A stretch of DNA of 64,000 bases from a virus. The notes under the pieces are model-generated. The model was not told the origin of the DNA. It saw nothing but the letters and a program-made list of their open reading frames with translations, and ran no database searches. The stretch spans positions 4,646 through 68,645 of IMG/VR virus record IMGVR_UViG_3300025876_000018; one strand, written 5' to 3'. The position numbers and the translations under genes were made by a program. This document shows positions 46,374 to 55,176 of the stretch, in pieces. Each line of letters starts with the position of its first letter. Position 1 is the first letter of the stretch.

Positions 46374-47762
46374 ATGGCAAAAAATGAGAGTTTAAATTTA
46401 GGTTATTTAGGGTATAGTTTTCAAGTTAAATTAGTTAAACAATTAGTAGAAGATCATAAATTTTCAGAAAGTATTGTTTCTATTATAGATCCAAATTATT
46501 TTGACAATGAATATATGAGATTAATTGTTGCGAGTTTAAAAGATTATTATGAAAAATATGAAACAATACCATCTTATGAGACTATATTTAATATAATTAA
46601 AAGTGAAGTAAGAAGGGAAATTGCTAAAGAATCTGCAACCGAATTAATCAAAGAAGTTAAAAATTCTGATAATAAAGATTGTTTACATATACAGGATGTC
46701 GCCATTAAGTTTTGTAAACAACAAGAACTCAAAAAAGCAACTCAAAAAATCCAAAAAATATTAGATACTGGTGATTTTGATAGGTATGATGAGTGTGAAG
46801 AATTAGTTAAACAAGCTATATCTGTAGGTACTGAAAAAGACGAAGGCGTTGATATATTTCACGCAATTGAAGATGTCCTTGCAGATGATTTTAGAGATCC
46901 TATTGCAACAGGTTTGGTTGGTATAGATAATCTTATGGGTGGAGGATTATCTAAGGGTGAGTTAGGTGTTATATTGGCAGCGTTTGGTGTGGGTAAAACT
47001 ACATTAATTACTAGAATGGCGAACACTGCTTATTTAGAAGGTAAAAATGTGGTACAGATTTTTTTTGAGGACAACGTTAAGGTAATCCAAAGAAAACATC
47101 TATCATGTTTTTCTGAAATAAATTTAAGTGAGTTAGGTGATAGAAAAGAAGAAGTAAAAGAACTTATCCCTAAATTCCAAAATTTAAATGGTAACTTAAT
47201 ACTTAAAAAAATGTCTAGTGATGGTACTACTATACCACATATAAAACAATACTTACGTAAACTAACTTCGTCAGGTGTAAAACCTGATATTGTATTTGTT
47301 GACTACATAGACTGTATCCAACCCACAAAACAATTTAAAGATGAATATAGTGGCGAAGGTAATGTTATGAGACAATTCGAAACTATGTTAGCAGAATTAG
47401 ATGTGGCTGGATGGACTGCAGTGCAAGGTAACCGAAGTGCTATCGGAGCAGATTTGGTAGAAGCTAACATGATGGGAGGATCAATCAAAAAAGGACAAAT
47501 AGGGCACTTTATATTGTCAGTTGCTAAAACTTTAGAACAAAAAGAAGAAGGTAGAGCAACTTTAGCCATTCTTAAATCACGTTTTGGTAGGGACGGAGTA
47601 GTTTTCGATGATATTGTATTTGATAATGGTACATTAGTTATAGATACTAGTCAAAGTAATGACGTAACACTTTTACAACATGGAAAAGGACAAAAGAAAA
47701 AGGAGTCAGACTTTATTAGTAGTACTATAGAGAAACGAAGAAGTTCTACAAATAATAATTAA
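46374..47762 (+). CDS. Replicative DNA helicase (T4 gp41 / DnaB family)
   Basis: GGGLSKGELGVILAAFGVGKT (Walker A), IVFVDYID (Walker B), WTAVQGNR, KSRFG. Confidence 0.93.
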   Translation: MAKNESLNLGYLGYSFQVKLVKQLVEDHKFSESIVSIIDPNYFDNEYMRLIVASLKDYYEKYETIPSYETIFNIIKSEVRREIAKESATELIKEVKNSDNKDCLHIQDVAIKFCKQQELKKATQKIQKILDTGDFDRYDECEELVKQAISVGTEKDEGVDIFHAIEDVLADDFRDPIATGLVGIDNLMGGGLSKGELGVILAAFGVGKTTLITRMANTAYLEGKNVVQIFFEDNVKVIQRKHLSCFSEINLSELGDRKEEVKELIPKFQNLNGNLILKKMSSDGTTIPHIKQYLRKLTSSGVKPDIVFVDYIDCIQPTKQFKDEYSGEGNVMRQFETMLAELDVAGWTAVQGNRSAIGADLVEANMMGGSIKKGQIGHFILSVAKTLEQKEEGRATLAILKSRFGRDGVVFDDIVFDNGTLVIDTSQSNDVTLLQHGKGQKKKESDFISSTIEKRRSSTNNN

Positions 47763-47843
47763 TTTAGGGTAACAAATCTTTGATTTATATGATAAGTCAT
47801 TATGGAATACTTACCCCCTAAAAAAAGAAAAAAATTTAAAAAT

Positions 47844-49706
47844 ATGGAGTTATCAAACAAAATTTTATCGGACATTACAGTACATATGAAGTACGCAAAA
47901 TATATACCAGAATTAAATAGAAGAGAAACTTGGGAAGAATTAGTCACTAGAAATAAAAATATGCATATTAAGAGATATCCTGAACTAAAAGAGGAAATCG
48001 AATTAAAATATAAATATGTGTACGAAAAAAAGGTATTACCATCTATGAGGTCAATGCAGTTCGCTGGTAAACCTATTGAGATATCACCTAATAGAGTTTA
48101 TAATTGTGCATTCCTACCTATAGATCACGTAGATGCATTTTCAGAAACTATGTTCCTACTTTTAGGTGGGACAGGTGTAGGATATTCAGTTCAAAAACAT
48201 CATGTAGAAACATTAATGCCAATCAATAAACCTTATAACAAAAGAAAGAGAAGGTTTTTAGTGGGAGATTCCATTGAAGGTTGGTCTGACGCAATTAAGG
48301 TATTAATGAAATCTTACATAGGAGATAAAAGAAGTTCTAAAATTGAATTTGATTTTTCTGATATCAGACCTAAAGGTGCTAGGTTGGTTACTTCTGGTGG
48401 TAAAGCTCCAGGACCACAACCATTAAAAGAGTGTATAGTTAAAATAACTGGAATATTAGAAAATAAAAATGATGGAGAAAAATTATCTACATTAGAAACA
48501 CATGATATTGTTTGTCATATTGCAGATGCAGTATTAGCAGGTGGTATTCGTAGAGCAGCATTAATTTCATTATTTAGTGCAGATGATGATGAGATGATTT
48601 CGTGTAAGTCAGGTAATTGGTGGGAATCAAACCCACAAAGAGGTAGGTCTAATAACTCTGCAGTACTTATAAGACACAAAATTACTAAAAAATTCTTTAT
48701 GGAATTATGGAAAAGAATTGAATTGTCGGGTGCTGGAGAACCAGGAATATACCTATCAAATGATAAAGAATGGGGAACAAATCCATGTTGTGAAATAGCT
48801 TTAAGACCATTCCAATTCTGTAATTTATGTGAAGTAAATGTTTCAAATATCGAATCACAAGCAGATTTAAACTATAGAGTTCAAGCGGCAGCCTTTATAG
48901 GGACATTACAAGCAGGTTACACTGACTTTCATTATTTAAGAGAAGTGTGGCAACAAACTACAGAGAAAGACGCTCTAATAGGTGTTTCTATGACTGGAAT
49001 AGGTAGTGGAGTTGTATTGGGTTATGATTTAGAAAAATCTGCAGATATTGTAAAAAGAGAAAATAGTAGAGTTTCTAAACTTATAGGGATTAATAAGTCT
49101 GCTAGATGTACAACAGTAAAACCTGCAGGAACTACTTCGTTAACTTTAGGTACATCTTCAGGAATACATGCTTGGCACAATGATTATTACATTAGAAGAA
49201 TTAGAGTTGGTAAGAATGAGTCAATTTACAAATATTTAATTGTGAATCACCCAGAGTTATTAGAAGACGATTTCTTTAGGGCTCATGATACTGCAATTAT
49301 TACCATACCACAAAAAGCACCAAAGGGTTCTATTTTAAGAACTGAATCACCTTTTGATTTATTAGAAAGAGTTAAGAAAGTTGCAACAGAATGGGTTAAA
49401 AGTGGTCACAGAACAGGATCTAACACACATAATGTATCTGCCACAATTTCATTAAGAGAGGAAGATTGGTATTTGGCGGGAGAATGGATGTGGACAAATA
49501 AAGAACATTATAATGGATTATCTGTATTACCATATGATGGTGGAACATATACTCAAGCACCTTTTGAAGATATTACGGAAGAAAAATATAATGAAATGAT
49601 TAACCATTTAAATAATATTGATTTATCCCTTATTGTTGAAGAAACTGATGAAACTGATTTAAGTGGTGAGTTAGCTTGTGCAGGTGGTGCCTGTGAAATC
49701 CAATAG
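47844..49706 (+). CDS. nrdJ: Class II (adenosylcobalamin-dependent) ribonucleotide reductase
   Basis: YNCAF, GTNPCCEI (thiyl-radical Cys), FCNLCEVN, TTVKPAGT, C-terminal ACAGGACEI. There is no ATP cone and no small subunit adjacent. The start at 47844 (MELSNKILSD) is preferred over 47802. Confidence 0.92.
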   Translation: MELSNKILSDITVHMKYAKYIPELNRRETWEELVTRNKNMHIKRYPELKEEIELKYKYVYEKKVLPSMRSMQFAGKPIEISPNRVYNCAFLPIDHVDAFSETMFLLLGGTGVGYSVQKHHVETLMPINKPYNKRKRRFLVGDSIEGWSDAIKVLMKSYIGDKRSSKIEFDFSDIRPKGARLVTSGGKAPGPQPLKECIVKITGILENKNDGEKLSTLETHDIVCHIADAVLAGGIRRAALISLFSADDDEMISCKSGNWWESNPQRGRSNNSAVLIRHKITKKFFMELWKRIELSGAGEPGIYLSNDKEWGTNPCCEIALRPFQFCNLCEVNVSNIESQADLNYRVQAAAFIGTLQAGYTDFHYLREVWQQTTEKDALIGVSMTGIGSGVVLGYDLEKSADIVKRENSRVSKLIGINKSARCTTVKPAGTTSLTLGTSSGIHAWHNDYYIRRIRVGKNESIYKYLIVNHPELLEDDFFRAHDTAIITIPQKAPKGSILRTESPFDLLERVKKVATEWVKSGHRTGSNTHNVSATISLREEDWYLAGEWMWTNKEHYNGLSVLPYDGGTYTQAPFEDITEEKYNEMINHLNNIDLSLIVEETDETDLSGELACAGGACEIQ

Positions 49707-49708
49707 TT

Positions 49709-49930
49709 ATGACAGTAAACGCATCAAAGGATTGGGTACAACAATTATATGTTAGGGAGTTTGGAAACAAGATCCTTTCATCTGATTACTATTATGACAA
49801 TGATGGTAGAATGGTTATGTCAGAAACATATCATAAAAAAAGAGGAAGTTGTTGTGGTAATGGTTGTTTACATTGTCCTTATAATCCACCACATGAAAGA
49901 GGTAGTGAAGAAATAAGAAAGTCATCGTAA
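49709..49930 (+). CDS. DUF5522-like small Cys-rich protein
   Basis: YYY.NDGRMV.SE.YH.KRGSCCGNGCLHCPY. Confidence 0.85.
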   Translation: MTVNASKDWVQQLYVREFGNKILSSDYYYDNDGRMVMSETYHKKRGSCCGNGCLHCPYNPPHERGSEEIRKSS

Positions 49931-49944
49931 GGTGACTTTTTTTG
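49918..49944. terminator. Bidirectional terminator between convergent genes
   Basis: AAAGTCATC-GTAA-GGTGACTTT stem with a GNRA loop, a T-run on + and an A-run upstream. Confidence 0.8.
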
Positions 49945-49946
49945 TT

Positions 49947-50516
49947 TTAAAATTTAAAATCTTTTGAATAAAGGTATTTAATCATTGATTCATCTTTTTC
50001 TGTGTAGTTTTCAGAGTGATAAATAATAGAATTACTTTCATTATGATGGTGTTTAAATCCTAACATATGAAACATTTCGTGTCTGATTACATACATTCGG
50101 TTATCTATATTCCAATCAACACCATTATCAATTTGTATTTCACAACCTATTAAAGTATGTTCATTGTATCTATCTATTTTATTGTAAGTATTACCAACAT
50201 TACCACTCTCATCAGAAAAAGAATAAATTTCTTTCATTTCTTCATCAGTAAGAAAATATATTATAGTATTTGAAGAATCTCTGTTGTCAACAATATTAAT
50301 AGATATGGTTTCTAACAAATTATTAATTTTTATTGATGTTTTTAAAACCTCTAATGAATCTTTTTTTGTATAATCACCGAATAAAAATATTTTGATATCA
50401 GATTCCCATCTACCGTCTTTTACCACATTATTTATTAAATGACTATGTGTAAAGTGATTTTGTGATAAAATATGGTTTGAAGTAAATATTAATAGTGTAA
50501 TGATTAAATTTTTCAT
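49947..50516 (-). CDS. Secreted metzincin-type zinc metallopeptidase (matrixin/DUF2927-like)
   Basis: HEMFHMLGFKH matches HExxHxxGxxH. The signal-peptide-like start MKNLIITLLIFTSNHILS-Q begins at the ATG at 50516; the track's TTG start at 50540 falls inside the promoter. Confidence 0.85.
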   Translation of the reverse strand: MKNLIITLLIFTSNHILSQNHFTHSHLINNVVKDGRWESDIKIFLFGDYTKKDSLEVLKTSIKINNLLETISINIVDNRDSSNTIIYFLTDEEMKEIYSFSDESGNVGNTYNKIDRYNEHTLIGCEIQIDNGVDWNIDNRMYVIRHEMFHMLGFKHHHNESNSIIYHSENYTEKDESMIKYLYSKDFKF

Positions 50517-50537
50517 AGTTGTTTTATATTTATATAA

Positions 50538-50569
50538 CAAATATACAGTTTTTATATTAAACTGCCAAA
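50538..50569 (-). promoter_or_regulatory. Bacteroidota primary-sigma promoter TTTG-N20-TATATTTG driving the peptidase
   Basis: On the minus strand, -33 TTTG is at 50569-50566 and -7 TATATTTG at 50545-50538, with a 20-nt spacer. Confidence 0.7.
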
Positions 50570-50575
50570 TTATTT

Positions 50576-52363
50576 ATGAAAAATTTAACAGAACAATTAA
50601 ATAGAATTAAAAATTTAATGGTATATGAGAAGGGTACACCTATTAATGAGATTTCTACATCTAATAATAAAACTATAAGAAAACCTTCAGAAGAAAGTGG
50701 TGAAACTAAATCTTCAGAAGAAAGTGGTGAAACTAAATCTTCAGAAGAAAGTGGTGAAACTAATCCCACAAAAGGTGGAGAAGATTGTTTTGAAGTCAAA
50801 GCTTCAGGTGAATTTGTAGTTAATGTAAATAAAGGTAGTAAGGCGGTAACTAATTTTATTGTAAATTTAGAGAATTCAATTAAGAATAACCCATCATTTG
50901 ATAAGTCTAAAGTTAAGGAGGGTTCAATGTATATCACTGATATAACACTACAAGGATTTGCTAGTAATTTTTATGGTAATGCAGTAGAACCTGATTTTGA
51001 TAATGATTGGTGTACAAAATGGGATAAAAGAGGTGGTTTATATGATGGGTTATGTTCTGAATGGAATATAAAACCATTTTCTGGAACAAAAAAAAGTAGT
51101 TATTCAGGAGATAAATCTACTAACAATAAATTAGCTGCCGATAGGGCAGTAAATGCGTATAATGCATTAAAAGACAAATTAACAGAAAAAGCAAAAGGGC
51201 AGGGTATAAAAATTTCACCAGATTTAAAACCTAAATATATAAAAGGGGGTACAATATATACTGAAGATAAAGTTGATGAAAATTGGAAAACTAGAATAAG
51301 TAACGGTAAAATAAATCCTGGACAAGTTGTCCTATGCACTGCAAAGGTGTGTTATTCACTAAAAGAAGAGGAAGAAGAAGAAGAAGAAGGTTGTCCTGAT
51401 AAATGTATGGAAAAAGACGCAAATGGGAAATGTGTATGTATAGAATCAAAAGGATTAAAAGAGGTAGATGGAAAATGTGTTTGTATAAGAACTGAAAAGG
51501 CACCTAATGAAAATTGTGAGTGTAAAGAAAAAGAAGAAGAAACCTGTCCTGACAGTTGTATGGAAAAAACAGAAGAAGGTAAATGTAAATGTCCTTCTGA
51601 TATGAAATATGATGAGGAAACAAAAAAATGTGTTTGTAAAGATGAAAATAAAGTAAAAGTGCCTGGTGGTTGTAAATGCGAAAATAAAAAACCACCATTA
51701 AAATGTGATTATAATAGAGGACCCATTCCAGGTAAAAGGGGTACAAAAGAAAACAACTACGTTGGTAAGTCATTAGAAACTTCATTTCCTGTTGGTGCAA
51801 ACGACTCAATAACAATAGATTTTGATTCAGTTGTAGTACCAGATGCATTTTATATTAAATATGGGGATCAAGAGTATTGGAGCGGTTTTATGGGTTCTAT
51901 ATATGATATGGGGTATAAACAAGTTGCTTTATCTATTGAAGATAGAAAATTAATGTTACCTATACAAAGTAAACAAACAAAGGCAGACATAAAAGATTCC
52001 TTATCAAAAGGAGATGATGACTATAGTGATATGACTAATACAATTAGAAATTTTGTGGGGGAGTTAGTTATGTACAAAAGAAATAAAGATTTAATTGGTG
52101 CTATTAATAGTGCGATTAGTGATGTAGAAGGTAAAATGAAAGTTAATTCATTATTTGAAAATGGTGACAACAACGCAGAGTCAGTTACAGATAATATTAT
52201 AAAAAGTGGTTCTATAAGAGATAACATTAAAAAATACGAAGGTATTATGAAAAGAAATGTTTCATTTACTATAGAAAAAGAAAATGAATCTTTACCATTA
52301 ACAGTTTTAGTGTTCTCACCTTTAGATAAAACAATTTTCACTATGAAAGTTAAATGTCAATAA
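50576..52363 (+). CDS. Leader-bearing protein with an OmpA-C-like segment, a poly-Glu linker and Cys-rich repeats
   Basis: MKNLTEQLNRIKNLMVYE..INE; ITLQGFAS...NNKLAADRAVNAYNAL; CPDKCMEK..GKCVC / CPDSCMEK..GKCKCP repeats. Confidence 0.75.
   Translation: MKNLTEQLNRIKNLMVYEKGTPINEISTSNNKTIRKPSEESGETKSSEESGETKSSEESGETNPTKGGEDCFEVKASGEFVVNVNKGSKAVTNFIVNLENSIKNNPSFDKSKVKEGSMYITDITLQGFASNFYGNAVEPDFDNDWCTKWDKRGGLYDGLCSEWNIKPFSGTKKSSYSGDKSTNNKLAADRAVNAYNALKDKLTEKAKGQGIKISPDLKPKYIKGGTIYTEDKVDENWKTRISNGKINPGQVVLCTAKVCYSLKEEEEEEEEGCPDKCMEKDANGKCVCIESKGLKEVDGKCVCIRTEKAPNENCECKEKEEETCPDSCMEKTEEGKCKCPSDMKYDEETKKCVCKDENKVKVPGGCKCENKKPPLKCDYNRGPIPGKRGTKENNYVGKSLETSFPVGANDSITIDFDSVVVPDAFYIKYGDQEYWSGFMGSIYDMGYKQVALSIEDRKLMLPIQSKQTKADIKDSLSKGDDDYSDMTNTIRNFVGELVMYKRNKDLIGAINSAISDVEGKMKVNSLFENGDNNAESVTDNIIKSGSIRDNIKKYEGIMKRNVSFTIEKENESLPLTVLVFSPLDKTIFTMKVKCQ
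50685..50763 (+). repeat. 27-bp tandem repeat, about 3 copies (SEESGETKS)
   Basis: CTTCAGAAGAAAGTGGTGAAACTAAAT at 50685 and 50712, and a 25-nt copy at 50739. Confidence 0.95.
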
Positions 52364-52421
52364 AAGATTTATATTTTACCATTTCTTTTCAAAAAATATA
52401 TAGTACAATATTTATATACAA

Positions 52422-52805
52422 ATGGCAAAGACTAGATATATAAATATTGATTTTCCTTTTAAAGATAGTAAAAAAGGTTTTTACTTAGAATTAAATCAAA
52501 CAGACAAAGATGCTATTAGGGCAGACTTACTTCACTTGTTGTTAACAAACAAAGGTGAAAGACTATATCTACCTGATTTCGGAAGTGATTTGAGAAAATA
52601 TATCTTTGAACCTAACGATAATGTAACACACTCAAGTATTAAAGACAATCTAAACGACACTATCTCTAAATATATACCTAACCTAACAGTAGATAGTATA
52701 AAGTTTGAGAATAATGATTTAGAGGAGGCAATAGTAGTGGTATTAACATATACAGTGTCAGAAGGAACATTTACTAATACTGATACTGTAACATTAACAT
52801 TTTAA
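52422..52805 (+). CDS. Baseplate wedge protein gp25-like (sheath initiator)
   Basis: INIDFPF..AIRADL.HLLLT.KGERLYLPDFGSDL..YIFEP. Confidence 0.92.
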   Translation: MAKTRYINIDFPFKDSKKGFYLELNQTDKDAIRADLLHLLLTNKGERLYLPDFGSDLRKYIFEPNDNVTHSSIKDNLNDTISKYIPNLTVDSIKFENNDLEEAIVVVLTYTVSEGTFTNTDTVTLTF

Positions 52806-52808
52806 AAT

Positions 52809-54638
52809 ATGATAAAAAAAATTGATTATAACGCTAGAAATTTTACAGATGTAAGGACACAATTAATTGAGTTCATACAAAAGTATTACCCAGAAACTTT
52901 TTCTGACTTTAATGATGCGTCAGTCGGAATGATGTTATTGGAGTTAAATGCGGCAGTAGGTGATATGTTATCATTCCACACCGATAGGATGTTTAATGAA
53001 ACACAAATTAATTATGCGCAAGAAAGGTCTTCAGTTTTAGAATTGGCTAGAACGTTTGGGTTAAACATACCAGGAAAGAGACCGAGTATTACAATTGTAG
53101 ATTGGACGGTGAGTAATGTACCAGTTAAGGGTGATACATTTGATATAAGTTATTTACCTAAAATACTAAAAGGTTCACAAGCCACAGGTGCTGGTAAAGT
53201 ATTTGAATTGGTAGAGGATAGTGATTTTTCTTCACCATTTACAACGGGAGGTATACCTAATAGATTGATTATACCTAACATTGATGGTAGTGGAATTATC
53301 CAAAACTACTCCATAACCAAAAGAGAAATCATGTTAAATGGTATAACTAAAACATATAAAAAAGTATTAACTAGGGGTGATTATACTCCATTTTTAGAGG
53401 TAGTTTTACCTGAAGACAATGTATTATCTATAGAAAATATTATAACCAAAGAAGGAACAAACTTAGTAAATCAACCAACGGAAGAAGAATTTAATGATTT
53501 TAATTTAAATTATTTTGAGGTACCCTCATTGGCGCAATCACAAATATATGTTGTTGATGAAAATGGTGTATCTGATAGAGAAGGTGTTGTTGTAGGAAAA
53601 TGGAAAAATGCTTCACAAAGATTTATAAAAGAATTTACTGATAATGGGTTTTGTAAAATTATCTTTGGTGGTGGTGACTCCGATGTCTCAGAATTAAATG
53701 AATTTATTGGATGTAGAGGTCAAATAGATAGAATTGGTAATACTATCAATAATCAGTCATTAGGTGATATCCCCCAACCAAACAATACGTTGTTTGTTAA
53801 ATATAGAATAGGTGGAGGTGAAGACAGTAATGTCGGACCAAATACAATTAACACTTTGGGTACTATAAGTACTGTTATAAATGGAGATTCTTCAGAGATT
53901 AATAGAATTATTAGAGATAGTATAAGTGTTAATAACCCTATTCCAGCATTAGGTGGTAAAGAGCAGCCTTCAGTAGAAGAGATAAAAAACTTAGTTAGAT
54001 ATAACTTTTCATCGCAAAATAGATGTGTTACTATAAAAGACTATCAAAGTAGAATCCCATTGATGCCGGGAGAATTCGGAGTACCATTTAGAAATGGTGT
54101 ATGGGAAGAAAGAAATAAAATAAACGTTTCAATATTAGCATTAGATGAAAATGGTAAATTAACAACACAATCTACCTCAGCCTTAAAAGAAAATATTGCT
54201 GAATATTTGGCGGATTTTAGAATGGTTAATGATTATGTTACAATAAAAAATGGTAGGGTATATAACTTATCTTTTGAAGTTGATATTTTTGCAGATAAGG
54301 CAGTACCTAAAGGTGATGTCATTAGTGGTGTGATAGAAAGTATTAAAACTTATTTTGATATTAATAAATGGGATATGGGTGACAATATCTATATTTCACA
54401 ATTAGTTGAGAATATTAACAATGTAGGTGGCGTATTAAATGTAACAGATTTAAGAGTTTTTAATAAAGTTAATGAAAATGGTAAATATTCATTAAATGAA
54501 ATCGCTCAACCGTATATTGATGAAGAAACAAAACAAATAGATTTGTTAGGTAGGTACACTTTGTTTGGAGAACCTAACGGAATGTTTGAGATTAAATATC
54601 CTAATAAAGATATAAAAGTAACAATTTCTACTTCATAA
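52809..54638 (+). CDS. Baseplate wedge protein gp6 / baseplate J-like
   Basis: DY.ARNF..VR.QL..F.Q..YPE..SDFNDASVGM.LLE, GG...E..EEIK...QNRCVT.KDY. Confidence 0.92.
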   Translation: MIKKIDYNARNFTDVRTQLIEFIQKYYPETFSDFNDASVGMMLLELNAAVGDMLSFHTDRMFNETQINYAQERSSVLELARTFGLNIPGKRPSITIVDWTVSNVPVKGDTFDISYLPKILKGSQATGAGKVFELVEDSDFSSPFTTGGIPNRLIIPNIDGSGIIQNYSITKREIMLNGITKTYKKVLTRGDYTPFLEVVLPEDNVLSIENIITKEGTNLVNQPTEEEFNDFNLNYFEVPSLAQSQIYVVDENGVSDREGVVVGKWKNASQRFIKEFTDNGFCKIIFGGGDSDVSELNEFIGCRGQIDRIGNTINNQSLGDIPQPNNTLFVKYRIGGGEDSNVGPNTINTLGTISTVINGDSSEINRIIRDSISVNNPIPALGGKEQPSVEEIKNLVRYNFSSQNRCVTIKDYQSRIPLMPGEFGVPFRNGVWEERNKINVSILALDENGKLTTQSTSALKENIAEYLADFRMVNDYVTIKNGRVYNLSFEVDIFADKAVPKGDVISGVIESIKTYFDINKWDMGDNIYISQLVENINNVGGVLNVTDLRVFNKVNENGKYSLNEIAQPYIDEETKQIDLLGRYTLFGEPNGMFEIKYPNKDIKVTISTS

Positions 54639-54686
54639 TAATTACTTTTTAAAAAAATGAATTAGTTTTATAATAAAATTAAAATT

Positions 54687-55169
54687 ATGGGATGTACAAC
54701 ATGTAAAAACAAAAAAAAGAAAAAAAATAATAAATTTGATACAAACAATAAATTTGAATCTAACAATAGTCCTGAAGATATGTTAGACGTAGATTTATTA
54801 CCTAAAAGCGTGCAGGAAGGTGGTTTTCAAAATGGAAGTATTGCTTTTAAAATAATCGCATTTTTAGTGGTAGTAATTGCAATACCTTTGGTGATAGTGG
54901 TATTGATATCACAAATGTTTATTCATTTTTTCATACCTAAAGCATTACCTAAAGCAACTAAAAAGTTTAAAGGTTTTTTATTAGGTATATTAAACCGATA
55001 CGCCAAATTTAAACACGATAGGGAAGTGAAAAAAAGAGAAAAAGAATTTTATAAAAATGCTACATATGAAAAAGAAAGTGAAATTGTAAATTCGGTAGAC
55101 TATGAAGAATATTCAGATAAGTTTAATGATATTGACGTACACGAAAATAATAATGATGTAAAAAAGTAA
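54687..55169 (+). CDS. Single-pass membrane protein with an N-terminal MGCxxC motif
   Basis: MGCTTCKNKKKK; hydrophobic IAFKIIAFLVVVIAIPLVIVVLISQMFIHFFI. Confidence 0.75.
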   Translation: MGCTTCKNKKKKKNNKFDTNNKFESNNSPEDMLDVDLLPKSVQEGGFQNGSIAFKIIAFLVVVIAIPLVIVVLISQMFIHFFIPKALPKATKKFKGFLLGILNRYAKFKHDREVKKREKEFYKNATYEKESEIVNSVDYEEYSDKFNDIDVHENNNDVKK

Positions 55170-55176
55170 ATTTTAA

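Noticed and set aside
47763-47843. Cobalamin riboswitch or N-terminal extension upstream of nrdJ
   Set aside because: The gap is about 80 nt and AT-rich with no B12-box or structured stems. The MEYLPPKKRKKF extension looks like read-through of an A-rich leader.
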